A stretch of 64,000 nt of DNA from Lenisia limosa. Its lineage: Eukaryota; Protista; Breviatea. Location of the stretch: assembly GCA_001655205.1 (NCBI GenBank), contig LPNZ01005888.1, positions 5,635-69,634 on the forward strand, in the 5' to 3' direction. The translations under genes were made by a program, and so were the position numbers. Under the pieces are notes generated by a model, which ran no database searches, was not told the origin of the DNA, and was given only the letters and a program-made list of their open reading frames with translations. The first letter of the stretch is position 1; each line of letters starts with the position of its first letter. This document shows positions 1 through 12,485 of this stretch, one piece after another.

Positions 1-1067
1 TGGCCAGTTGACAGTTTGAAAACTGACTTGAGCCAGCGAAACTTCAGAACTTAAGAAGTCGGATAATCTTATTTCACCAGAAGTTCGAACTACCAAATCA
101 ACAGGAGATGTCATGAAGAAATGGCTTAAACCTTGATAACTGGAGCATTAATTATGTTTAAACCCCACTCTTTGGGCAACTGTCCAGCACAAGCTCTTGA
201 TAGGGCGAGTTGCATGTCATCATGTCCACTGTATGGCGAACAAAAATTGACCTTTAATCTAAATAATTATGAAGAGCAGTGGTGGCATCTTAAAAGTGGC
301 ATCATCCAGGTCTTACTTCTTATTATGTTTTGTCACCTCCATGCTTTCAGCAATGCATTGCTGCAGCCGACAAGGTACTCGTGAAAGATCTCCTAGTACT
401 TTTATCCGAGCTCCAATCTCATTCAGCACACCACTAAACAATGAATAGGAGGATTCTAACACAAACAAACCCTTTCCTAATAGCATGCATAATTTCTTTT
501 TCAAAGAGACTCATCAAGTATTCCACTTCCTCCTTTGGCCGTTGAAAGTTGTCAATTGAGAAGGCAAAAACCGTCACACTTTTCACCCCACTATCAAGGC
601 ACCATTGAAGAGTCTAAGTTTTATGAGGAGGGAATTGCACTAAGCGCATTCAAAGAGCTTGGAAAGGAGTGAATTTTGAGATCTAATAAGATGAACAAAA
701 CGATTTCCAGCTTTCATAAAGCTGATTATTGCTTTTCATTGTAAATGTGGCTCTCATCAATCAAACCTCTTTAAGTTTCATGAAGCCGGAAAAGTGACCT
801 TCTTGAGATTCACATTTCTTTGTTTTTGCCCACCTAATGCATAAACCAGGCCTCCTCCAAACCTTCTATTGCCATCCATGATGAAACAGACATGTTTGGG
901 AATAGGGCCGCATCTAAAGTTGTCATCGAAACAATATCCCCAAACTTGAGGACTGCGGTGACATGTTTAATTGCCCAGTTCCATCTGAAATAGGATCCAA
1001 CAGCAGTTGCAATCCCAAACAAAGAAAGTAACAATGGAACCAAAGAAAAAACAACAAGAAGCAACAT
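1..1067 (-). CDS. DHDDS: cis-prenyltransferase (dehydrodolichyl diphosphate synthase), 3' end outside window
   Basis: Spliced translation gives CGPIPKHVCFIMDGNRRWAK..EGHFSGF, WCLDSGVKSVTVFAFSIDNFQRPKEEV and PVDLVVRTSGEIRLSDFL, all hallmark cis-PTase motifs. 32-nt (914-945) and 29-nt (834-862) GT-AG introns restore the frame. Confidence 0.93.
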
Positions 1068-1371
1068 GATTCCTTCTTCCTTGTACCTTCTTCTCTTCCA
1101 GTCTTCTTTTCTTCTTCTCTCTTTTCTTTTCTTCTTTTCTCTTTTTCTCTTTTTCTCTTTTTCTCAATATTTAATATCAATATGGTGAAAATGGGGGCGC
1201 GAAAAGACCACCCTCCTCCCGGCCCGGAGATGGAGAATCAGTCACATGCACCTGATCCCCCAGAGGCCTGCTGTCAGGTGCCTGCCTGCCATCAGCGCCA
1301 GATCAGCGCCAGCAGCCAGCAGCCAGCCAGCCAGAGAAGGAGGAGGGAGGGGGGGGGCTCGTTCCAGACTA

Positions 1372-1424
1372 AGATCTGACAAGATCTCAAGATCTGGTAA
1401 TAATTTTAAAAGATCTGAAGATCT
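1372..1424. promoter_or_regulatory. Cluster of five AGATCT palindromes in the divergent intergenic region
   Basis: AGATCT at about 1372, 1382, 1390, 1411 and 1419. Function is inferred only from position. Confidence 0.3.
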
Positions 1425-1655
1425 GACCTTTTGGGCCCTCTGCCACTTTCCCAGCACCCAACCCCTTCCCACCCACACACACGCATTATAAAGAAAGAAC
1501 AATAATATAACAAAGAAAAACGCTGGAAAAACGAAAGANNNNNNNNNNNNNNNNNNNNNNNNNNNNNNNNNNNNNNNNNNNNNNNNNNNNNNNNNNNNNN
1601 NNNNNNNNNNNNNNNNNNNNNNNNNNNNNNNNNNNNNNNNNNNNNNNNNNNNNNN

Positions 1656-4600
1656 GCAAACTTCGAAGAGGGAGTGATGCTTTGAACTCTTCACGGAGTA
1701 TTGGTGAAGATCTGTAGGCTCCTTTGAAATTGACCTTCTAGACCCTTCTCTCACCCCGTGATCTTCTATATTGGTCTCTCCATCACAAACTCTATTGAAG
1801 ATAATGAGTGTGTGGGTGCAGCCACTACCCCAGTCCAAACTAGTCGAACACCGTCACGAAGCGCCCAAGGTTTGGACGGGCTGCAAGGAGTTAACGGTTT
1901 AGCAAAAGAAGCCAAAGAAGGCCCGGAGCCAGTTTTTGTGACATATGACTTTCCAGGAACCAACGATTTGTTCAGGGTTGGATGGGAACTTGATGATATC
2001 AAATTATTAGAAAAAAAAACAGTGACTGGACTAACCCGAACAGACTGATGCTGTGGATGGAGAAATTTCCTCAATACACTCCCATTCCATGAGCGTTGAC
2101 GAGGTTTGGCTTTATGTGTCAGGTTGTAATTATCAGGATACTGCAATTTCGATCTTCAAGAAAACAGATATTTCTATTTCCCTCTGCAACGCTGGAAACC
2201 GTTACACCGCGAAACAAGGTGAGGCTTTCCTCTGTAATCCTCAGGCGGAGTTCGCAAGGATCCAAAAAGAGACATGGAGGTGGAGGAAGTGTCTTCAGCA
2301 AATGCCTTAGCCACAGCTTTAGACCTTTCAAACGTGGCTGCGCAGAGTGAGAAATAACGTCTTGATTCTCATCATCTTAGACCCCATCAAGATTGGCATG
2401 AAAGAAGCGTCAGACGCTTCTGCTCTTGGTCACTCCACTTTGAGCCTTGCACCTCTTTTTGCCCATCCTAATGTTTCCCCAACCACCACCATTGTTGCAA
2501 GGTTTGAGAAAGTGGATTTCTCATTTTCAGATTTGTTTCTGTGCAGACCGACGCTTCTGATGTTTTGAATGTGTCAACAAACGCCCCTACTCTTGATGAG
2601 GCTGAAACGTTTTTCCCGACCTTGAGGAAGCCAGCCCCGCCCGTCTTCTATATGCCGGATGTTCCTGTTGCTGATCTTCCATATGGTTATGTTGTCACTG
2701 CAGTGGTCAGGCTCTCTACTGCTCTACTGCCTCCGCCACTTGCCAAATCTCTCAACCCAATGACCCTGGAACTAACAGGTGTTGACTTCTTACCCCCAGG
2801 TATTCTAGAGAGAAGCAAAACTACATACTATAGTATATATCATATACTATACTATATGATATAGTATATATATATATATGTATGATATAATATAATGCAC
2901 TGCTAATATATCACGATATAGTTTTTGACTTTTTTTTAGATAGCCATACTCAAACATTTGAAGCTCTAAGCTTGGACTTTAAGCCAGTTTATACACAGTG
3001 TAATATTTGGACAGATTATGGTGAGTTAGGCATTAAATGCTGGGGAGGCCACCATTATATGCAGAAAGCGCACGTGGCTCTACATGTTAACTTTGTAGTG
3101 TTTGTACCTCGAGATGTTTCTGATTCACGGACACTTCCGTCTGTGGCTACATCAGACTCTCTTCAACCATCAAGATCATCCACGCGTCCTTGCTCGGTAA
3201 GGACATTCAGCCTCACCATTCAGCCTGAGAAGCCGTTCGATGCAACATCCACTGCCAAATCCCCACAGCAAGGAAGAAGATCAGTAGGCTGGAATTGTTT
3301 TTTTGTCAATTTCTATTTGCCTGGGAAACCGCATGCAGTTGTATAGTATCAGCATTTGGATAACCCAATCTTACTTTTTGCTTCTTCTTTATCGTGGATT
3401 TATCAAGAATATTTTATTTTTTGGGACTGTAGAGAAGTCCAAAATGGAACTACTTGGTGGTTTCGACTGCTAAAAAGCTCCTTTTTGTAAATTCACAAAC
3501 CGAACAGAGGGCATCACGAACAACGTTACCGGCACAGGCAGACACTGTCATCACTGACAGCCAAAGATTTGAAAAAGATGTTGATACGTTCTCAAGCCCT
3601 GCTCAAAAGCACTCCAAGAACATCAGGTTTTATCAGCAAATCGTGGTTTTGGCAGGCAAGTAAGGAGGGACTGAATCTGAAGAATTATGGTTTGATTAAT
3701 TGTATAGATACCGCGATCCAAATCGTCTTTTACGATTCCTCCAAACCAATAAAATCAAGTTTGAGGTCCATGATCGCGACCGATTGCCGCTGTCTTCGAG
3801 GCCTATCAGTACCCTCAGGTTTGTCGTGTTGAGGGTTTGATTGTCTAGCCGCCTTGCGTTGTTAAAGCCGGAGCCGACTGCTGACAAATCCGAGCCAGTA
3901 ACTCCTTTGGCAAAGGTTTGTCAGAAATCAGAGTATTGATCTTCAGGATAAAAAGAAGCCTCTGAAGCCTCAGCAACGCCGAAAGAAGGAAAAGGAACAA
4001 AGAGAAAAGGAAAAGATACAAAAGGAGGAAGAAGAAGCAGGTATTTATCCAAGTGTTTTGATCTTGTAGCCAAAAGACTGGACCCCACAGCGGATCTGTT
4101 TCAGCTTTCTCAAGAAGGAGTTGGATGGGACCCCCACGGAATTGCCTCAATATGTGGGACGTGGTTTCAAGGTTTTGAATTTGGTACTTTTTTTTTTCAA
4201 AAATGAATAAAAAATGAATGATGTGTTTTGGGGTGATATTTTAGCACTTGCACCTCTTGCCCAGGGTCAAACCAATGTAAAATCAACAGCAATGGTGATT
4301 CCTGCCAGACCCCCTGACTTATCTGGTTAGCTAATTTATCATTGATCTCATTTTGTCATTAACATATTGTAACTTAGCAGACGATGGAGGAAGGGCGACA
4401 TCTGTTTCTTATGTTGCCCACAACACAATGGTTTGCCCTCTGTCCTTGAGCTTATTATTAGGTCCGAGCCAAAGCAAGTATTGCCTATGCACTCAGCAGT
4501 GGCACGTCTGCTTCACTGGTGGGTTTCATTCCACCTAATTATAGTAATACAGGGGCAAATTTTTTGGGCCTTTCAAACTTGATTTGTCAGTTGTAGGTTT

Positions 4601-6840
4601 TTTTAAGAGTCCTGTATTTTTAGTGTTTCCACGCTTTCATTGTATTCACCGTCATAGTCCTTGCGTCAAGGAGAAACTGTCTCAATCAGTGGGGACTTCT
4701 CAAGAGTGGTTATCTTTACTAAGTTTGTTTCCTTTTGTATTTCACCCTTAGTGCAAATTTGACATGCTATGAGTGGTTGAAGTCTTTCCACGATTCTATT
4801 GACACTATCAATGCACAGACCCTTGAGATATCCTCAGGTGTGTTTTGACTTGTTGTTTTGTCTTTGAATATGATAATAACCGGGTTTAGATGCGGAGTTT
4901 GACAGGAAGGCTGCTCTTGCTACTGCTGTCATCTCCAATGTAAGCCTTTTAAACCCAAAATTGTGAAAATTTAAGGTGAACCTATCATCTCCTTTCTTCC
5001 GCCTTGTGACAGGTTGTGAATTAGCCCAAGGCAGTTATGGGCCAAGAGTAGGGTATTATTCGTGTTTATTTTGTAGACACTGCTGCTTGAGGGTCCTTGT
5101 TCGCTGATGGAAGAGCTTATGGCTTCGGTAGGAAGGAGTTTTACACTTGTGTGTATTGCTATTGATTGTGTTTTTAATGATTTAGTTCAAAATTCCTGAT
5201 GGAATATCAGTACTCCACAACAAACTCATTAAGTTTACCGAGAGGATATATGGCAGTAAGCAACCTGTTATCTATGAAATAATCCTGGATGCTAATATTG
5301 TCATTGATTACTGTTTTAGATTTTGGAGCTGAATTGAGAAAGATCACTTTAACAACTTCTATTAAAGTATGGACAGCCAAATAGTAATCATAACCTCTCA
5401 CCACTAGTCCATGTCCACTGATCCTTCACTCTACTGCCGCAGTGGCGCCCTAGTTGACTCCTATAATGCTGTAACAAAACTCGTTGCTGTATGTCGGGCT
5501 ACTATCTTCGTTACCTTTTTTTTATTTTTAAGCTTCAACAGCAAACTCTTCTTAGAGACATTGACCGCATGGGGCTGTTTTTAAATCAAGGTTGGTCAGC
5601 TTTTAGCTCATCCTTGTAGTTGAGGTTGTGACACTGTTCAAGCGGTTTGGCTCCGATTCAACGCGCGACGAAGTCGATAGAGCTATTCAGTATTTCTCCA
5701 AGTAAGTTGTGATATTCTTAACTCTTTCAGAGCAGCAACACCATCACCCACATCTCCACTAAAGAAAATCGCTTCAAGGTTTGCTCTGCCTTTGGTTATG
5801 ACTTTCAGGTCCACAACCGCATCTCCAGCGCTTCAAGTCACAACTCCTGCCGCCCCTCTGACAAGTCCAAAGGTGAAGCAATTTTTTTGTTGATTATCCA
5901 GACTGTTCCTGCTTTAAAGCTTCGCCAGACCATCCCGCGCACAAACACCCCATTCCAGACCGCCAAAAACAACAGAGAAACTCCTGACTTCATTGCAAAG
6001 AATAGGTCCCATTATCCAACAGTATGCACCACACTTTTCTTTTGACGCCGCAGGAGCCAAATACTCAGTCCCCTCCGCGGGACCGCAATATCGATTCGCG
6101 TTTCGCAGGAGTTGATGGTTTGTGACTTGTGTCTGGCTTACCCTCTCAGGTGAAGTGTACATTTACTCGGGTCAAGATCAAGAGTATTCTAAGCTTCAAA
6201 AAGAGCATTATGTTGCAACTGTGGTTGGTTGCTGTCGTTTCTAACTCTTAGAACCCAACGCACAACATCACTATTGCTGGCCGCACAGTTTATGACAGAC
6301 AGTCTCCAAGGGTGCTTCCCAAAATTGATGACCGCCGTGGGTTTAAGCACAATTCACGATAATGGGGTATGTTGTTTCACCCACTAGGACCGTTCCAAAA
6401 CCAGCCACACCACACAGCACGTGAGGATATCCGTCATCCCTTAGCGCCTTCAGCTGCCAGAAAGGAAGGTAGGCAAGTGCCTTGCACTCTCCTCACTCCA
6501 CAGAGCTTCAAACCCCATTTGTTGGAAGCAGCACCAAGCTCAGCAGGACGGCGGGAGCGGCCAAAGTTGAGTTCAAGGATGGCGGGCAGGTTAGTGATAT
6601 TAAGTCCTGTTCATTGCCTAGTCAACCTTTGGCAAACAGTTTATGAACACGCGAAAGACTCCTTCTCCTGCACCTTTCGGCCGTGACACGCCCTTGGAAA
6701 CTCGAATGGTGGGTGACTGTTTTTGAATAAGTGTTCTCCATGTCAACTCTATGTTGACGTCACAGAAGCGGCAAGTACAGTATGACAAGGATGAATGGCA
6801 GCGCCGAATTGTCGTTAAGGATACTGCTTTTCATATTTAA
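1656..6840 (+). CDS. Large multi-exon protein, CFAP92/FAP92 (KIAA1257)-like; start lies in the N gap
   Basis: Many short GT-AG introns join exons into one frame ending at TAA 6838-6840. The segments TINAQTLEI, TLLLEG, VLHNKLIKFTERIYG..ELRKITL, SLYCRS..YNAVTKL and GLF..EVVTLFKRFG match my recollection of the CFAP92 family pattern. Confidence 0.55.
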
Positions 6841-7503
6841 GGTATATTTAGTTTCTGTTTCTTGAATTCTGTGACTGAAGGTAAAAAAAATGTGGGATAA
6901 AAGTAACACGGGCTGGATTTAGCCGTACGCTGGCCGTACATACTCCTCCTGGGTGGACAAACAAAACCACAAAACAGTGCAAAACAGCCACAACAAATTG
7001 CTTTCCGAAGCACCATCACCCGGGTTGGTTAAGGTAGTCTCTTCACGGTTCAAGAGTGTCGGGGGGGGGGGGGGNNNNNNNNNNNNNNNNNNNNNNNNNN
7101 NNNNNNNNNNNNNNNNNNNNNNNNNNNNNNNNNNNNNNNNNNNNNNNNNNNNNNNNNNNNNNNNNNNNNNNNNNNNNNGTTCCCCAGTTCCCCACTCTTC
7201 CCAGAAAAGTCAGAATGTGATCCAGTGTGATCTGGGAAGTGTGTTGTGAACTGCTTTTCCGCTTTTTCGCTTTCTTCCTCTTTCTCTTCTTCTCTTCATC
7301 AAGACAACTTTGTGAGGCTCTCTTCTTTGAGGCTTTGAGGCTTTGAGCTCAAGTCTTCTCTTTCGCTCTTTCTTTCCTTCCGTCAGAAAACATACCAACT
7401 TAGAGACCAGAAAGGACTGTTAAAACTGCTCCTCAGATTGACTCTCATTTCAGAAACATTCATTAACGGCCACATTTAGGCTTTGGAAAAAGATATCATT
7501 GCC

Positions 7504-9415
7504 ATGTTCACATTTGGTTGGTTCCTGGTCATGTAACCTATGAATTCTTCTTCTTTCATTATTACAGATCAAAAACTATTAATAATATTTGTGGTGAGCA
7601 TTTTTAGGTGAGTGTGAGGTTATTTCTTGATTGTATTGACTTTTAGCTCTGGAGCCCTTGCCTCTACAGTATTTATTTTCCGTGATGCTGGAGAAACACT
7701 TGGGCTTCTTCCAGTTCTTCAGACAGTTGTTGAGTTTGTTGGGAAGCTAAGCTTCTGATTTGCGGTTCTCATTGTATTCAGGAGTGGGGAAGAGGCCTAT
7801 GGTATCGCGTTGTGCTGTGCATCGGCTGAATTGGCAGAGAAGTATCCTTTTATCTTCACTCTTCAGGATATTGGGATAAGTCAGGTTGGTATTGCGTAGT
7901 ATTACCTCAAGTTTTATTAAATTTTTCATTTGCAATATGCTGTCTCATCTCACCTTTATATTGGTATTTCGAGTGGGTATTTGTAACCATTTAGCCTGAT
8001 CTTCACAATAGATCTGTCCCCATTCCATCATCTGTGAATCGACAGGTTGGTTATTGCAAAAAAAAAAGATTTAATGTTGTGGTTTGATTGTTTAGATAAT
8101 GATTCAACTCAACTCTTGGCAAGTGACCACAATGATCACTGGATTAGTTAGCGAAGCTCAGCATCAAATCGCCAAACATGTTTACACAAGTGAGTTACAT
8201 AGCGTTGAAGTCACTTCTTCCAAGCTTCTCTTCAGATTATGTTATATACGTTTAGTAAGTAATATTTTTAGACACAGACATCCCTGTTATTGGGTTTGAT
8301 GATAGTTACGCGATGTGGAGTGACTCAACGATGAGTGCAAAGTAAGTTGTCATTTTTGTAACTTGCAATTATAGTCGTGAATGTAGTCCTGAGTGTTCTA
8401 TTAGTTTCTCATTTCACCTTCTAGATTTGCAACTGAACCATCAATTGCCACGTTAACTGTAACAGCAGAAGCAATAAAGGCAGATGCTGTCCGAACAGTT
8501 TGAGTTTTATCTTTGTGTTATTTTGCCAGGTCAAGTCGCAAGTGGTTGTGACGGGAAGTCCAACAACAGATATTTGGAGCAAAGCTGCATTAGACACAGT
8601 TCAGATCGCAGAGGACCGAAAATCTCTTCATTTGGGGTATGCCTCTTCTGTTTTTTTTTTATGTTAAGTTATTGTGTGTGATTGTTTTCTTTTATTTCAC
8701 TTTTTAGAGAGAAACGAGCCATTGTTTTCTTTGGTGAATATGATGACACTGGGAATGGTAGGAAGCAACTATAATCGATCAACATTCCATATTTTACGTC
8801 TTACTGTTAGGACGTTATGAAAAGAACGTTGAAGAATATGCCAAATTGATTGCTTTAACTGTGGACAAGTAAGCATGACAGCATAACTGTTGCCATTATC
8901 TTAACTTATTTTCCCATGACAATCATAGGTATTCTTTCGTTTTCAGCCCGCACCCAGGGTATGATGGTTCATTAGAAATGTCCATTTTTGCCAAGGCTGG
9001 CGTGGACGGCTTTGTTGTTCTCGCTCCAAGTGAGATGTCTTCGCCACGTGTTGCTGCTGCTATTGACGTTACTATTGCTATGACTAGTACTTGCCTTGTT
9101 CAGGTACGAAATTAACTGTGTGGTTAATATTAGAGCTTATTTGGAGGCACACCATCGATTTCGCTTCAAACATCTCAACCGTACTACCACAATGTGGTAG
9201 ATAGCATGGGTTTAATACGACTGGCCACAAATGCAAGTGATGCTTCGCTAAAAATTGAAGAGGTGATAACATGTAATGGTTCACTCTTTTAGACTGGATT
9301 CAAGTTTGATGTAGATAAGCTTGACAATGCTGGCCTTCCCAGAGACTCGGTGGGTGTGTGGTGGCAGTTGGTTGTAATAGTGTAGGTGGACAGACTGCTT
9401 CAACTGCTTAAGTGA
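7504..9415 (+). CDS. Secreted GT-B-fold glycosyltransferase-like protein of bacterial type
   Basis: Hydrophobic N-terminus (MFTFDQKLLIIFVVSIFSSGALA), then FIFRDAGETLGLLPVL, VVVTGSPTTD, FSPHPG and AIDVTIAMTST..LFGGTPSI, which resemble GT-B epimerase/glycerophosphotransferase-like signatures. Stop is TGA at 9413-9415. Confidence 0.55.
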
Positions 9416-9529
9416 CTGTTGTTTTGGTTTCTCTAATTTAAAATCTAGAGGCATGATATGATCGTTAATGTATTTTTAATATTCGGGGATTAACTATTGG
9501 GACCAATCATTCATAAATAAAATACAAAT

Positions 9530-12176
9530 TTAAACATCTACAAAGTCATTGGGGTAATAACCTAGATGATGAAAATTTTCAAGTAGAGAGCTGTTGGGCA
9601 AAAACAAAGATAATTCCATTCCCAAAACAAACCTCATCAGTTGAGCACACAGAACATCTCCAACAATATGGGGTGATGAGAGATGAGTTATCCGCAAAGC
9701 CCCAAGAAGATGAATGCTCTGAGAATCCAACCATTTTGCACCTGGTGTTATAAAAACAACTCACTTTGGGCATTCATGGGCGTTCTTCACAAGTTGGTCA
9801 ATGATTTCCTCATGAATTCCGTTGAATATGTGCTTGAAAACCGCACTAACATCAGCATGAACATTTGACTACAGTATCAACGAGCGTTTATTGGTCTACC
9901 TCCATTTCAACTTGTTCATTAACTGTTCGTTTTCGGCTCACAAACAACCAAAGTTTGGTCATTGTTGAACCTATGCAGGAGAACCATGGCGAAGAGGTAA
10001 CGTTGGGGTTTTCTACACTCATAACATTCTATTTCTCCAAACCTTTGCTTCCAATTGTCAAAGACATAACACAGGATGCGGCAATGTTGCTCAGGCGTGG
10101 GCATTGAGGTTTGTAATCATGACCACCAACAAGCAGTCCTTGGTTTTGCTTCAGTACTGCAGCCTCAAAAGCAGGACAAGGCTCCAAGTCGACTAAGATA
10201 TCAATTTGTTTTAGGTTCAAAATGGCTCGTCTACCAATATGTGAAAAAACTCCAAGCTCAAGGGTCATTATCAGCTCCTTATAGTATTATGAAATATAAA
10301 ATAGCACCACCACCAACTTTCTTCTAAAGTTAAAGGAATAGAACGAAGGATAAACGGTAGTGCGGTCTAAACAGTAACAATGGATTCTGGGAGCTCATCA
10401 TAAAAAATATGGTAACAAAAATAAAGAGGAAATTCTCCAAGAAGCCAACTTTGAGTTTTGCAGAATGTTGAGCCATTGCTTCGGGGTCTTCAGGGATCTT
10501 CAAGAGCTGGTCCTGGCAATGAGACAATGGTAATACAACATACCACTTCATGCTGGGATAATTTACCGCCTTTCATGTTGAGCAGCGTGACAGTTTCCTG
10601 GAGGCCTGTTGAAAGGGCTCTCCCGCAAGCAGTTGTATTGTCTGTATGCTACACAATAAGAAGGCAACACAATCTTACAATCAAGTTGATGTCCGTTGTG
10701 GTGCACGCCAGAAGAGCTCGGACACATTTGTGACAGTCAGCTGACTTCCTCCCAGTCACAAGGTGAAGTGGAGGGTCCCATTCAACCGTGTTTTCGGATA
10801 GGTTCGGCGTGGCCCCAGCCTACCTTGATTAAGAGTATTGGTACCACTATTCCACATAATATAATCTGTGCTTTACCAAATACTATATTATATAAGATAT
10901 AATGTATTATGTGTTCATATGATATATACAAGTACATTGTACTATTTTACATAAAACACCAGACCTCAAGGAGCGCTTCACATACGCTGGGAAATCCCTT
11001 CAAACACGCAGCATGGAGCGGAGTCTGACCGGACTGAATTGTGAGTACCAACCCATCACGGCACCAACATGATCGAAAACATTAACTTGAGCCCCAGCTT
11101 CAATGAGCGCATTGACTGTGTCTAGGTTTTCGAAAGCAAGATTGCAGGCAAGGTGTAAGGGTGTCACATTGTAGAACTAAAAAGTCAAGGGAAAGACAAA
11201 ACTACCTCCGTTTTGATGTTCACATTTGCTCCAGCGTCAATAAGAGCGGCAATTAGTTCTTGAGATTTCATCATTTGAGAAGCAGTGTGCATTACTGTGC
11301 GACCGGACTGAAATGTTAACCTTTCTATACGCCTACATGACTGCGGCTATTGACGGAAATGCCCCTATTTTTGTATAACGCGATGACAGAAGTTACACCA
11401 TTCTTAACAGCTTGATCAAGAGCTCCATGAATAGCCTATAACGTCAAATCGAAAGAGCTCAGAGGTCATCATACAGTCTCACTGAGAAGGTCTAGGTCTA
11501 AGATGGCTTCATGAATCCATGGTACGTCCCGCCTCATGACGGTCATTGAGGTGTAAACACGGATGGGTGAGTCCTTGTTGCGCTGAGGGGTGTTAGGGTA
11601 GATTATAAGGGAGTTCATGATGTAATCCATCCTCCCCTTTCCCAGGAGGAGGGGATAGGGGGGGTATATCAGATAAATAATACGATTTAAGTGGACAAAC
11701 ATACAACGCTCAGAGCACCATCCAAGTAAGTACAGCTAAGTGCAGTGTGGCAAATCTTTGCACAAAGGTGTCTAATTTCAACACATGGTACTTTTGCTTC
11801 AGGGTTCTAAACAGGTTAATTTCTTTGTCATGAAAAGTGACAATGCTGCAAAAAAGAACAGAAGAATTCAACACCCAACCAAGAAAGTCAATCTCACACA
11901 TCTCTTTAATTAAAAACTCACATGGATAGATTCTTTAATCTGCTTCATCGCTGTTAGCACCCATTCTGTTTCAATGCCGAGTTCGTTGCCGACCCATTCA
12001 AAAACACGTATATGCTCCTCCTAAAGATGGTTAAGAAAAATATGTCAACGCTGCATTATTTGTGGATGTCAATTCTTTTCCAAGAAATGATCATACAGTG
12101 AGGGTGTTTTAATACTATGTCATACAGGACAATCTTCAAGTGTTAAACCGCGCCTTCTGTCTTCAGTGTGGGGCAT
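9530..12176 (-). CDS. Ankyrin-repeat protein with a C-terminal Cys-rich RING/IBR-like region
   Basis: Ankyrin repeats (TPLHLACNL..LIEAGAQVN; GQTPLHAACLKG..VCEALLE; PPLHLV..CVRALL) and C-terminal HCRILC..IECYEC and ECPKC..YCWRC. Exact 3' exon structure is uncertain. Confidence 0.65.
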
Positions 12177-12485
12177 TTTTGAGAGTTTGGTGGGCAATGG
12201 GGCAAGCTGGGGTAGCTGGGGAGATGGGAGGAGGATGGGAGGGCAAAAGGGGCAAAAAACCTGCAAAAAAACAAAAACCCAATGAAAGGAGTTCCCGGCA
12301 CGCACCGGACATGACATTGCCCAGCACTATTCTCTTGACTTGAATTCTTGGACATAAGAAAGGAAAGAGAGCACAAAGCAAGAGCAAGAACAGCTCAAGA
12401 AACGAGAGAGCAAGCACAGAGAAGAGGATTCCCGAGAGAGAACGCTCATCAGGATGCCTGGTATGTGAGGGGGGGGGGGGAGGCA

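Noticed and set aside
923-1180. KE/RK-rich ORFs on the minus strand (also at 7210, 12348, 24563, 45081)
   Set aside because: They are translations of pyrimidine- or purine-rich UTR and intergenic tracts with no splice or homology support.
1195-1203. E2F-like GGCGCGAAA, and CGCGAAC repeats at about 16832-16848
   Set aside because: Short motifs with no way to show function. They are plausible promoter elements but unsupported.
7061-7178. Poly-G/C or poly-A runs flanking N gaps (also near 12470, 22318, 34305, 51672, 58457, 59630)
   Set aside because: Typical short-read dropout edges. They cannot be interpreted as SINE tails or G4 elements from this assembly.
7842-7850. GTATCCTTT resembling a U12-type 5' splice site
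   Set aside because: Splicing here creates an immediate stop, the unspliced frame is open (EKYPFIFTLQ), and no U12 branch site follows.
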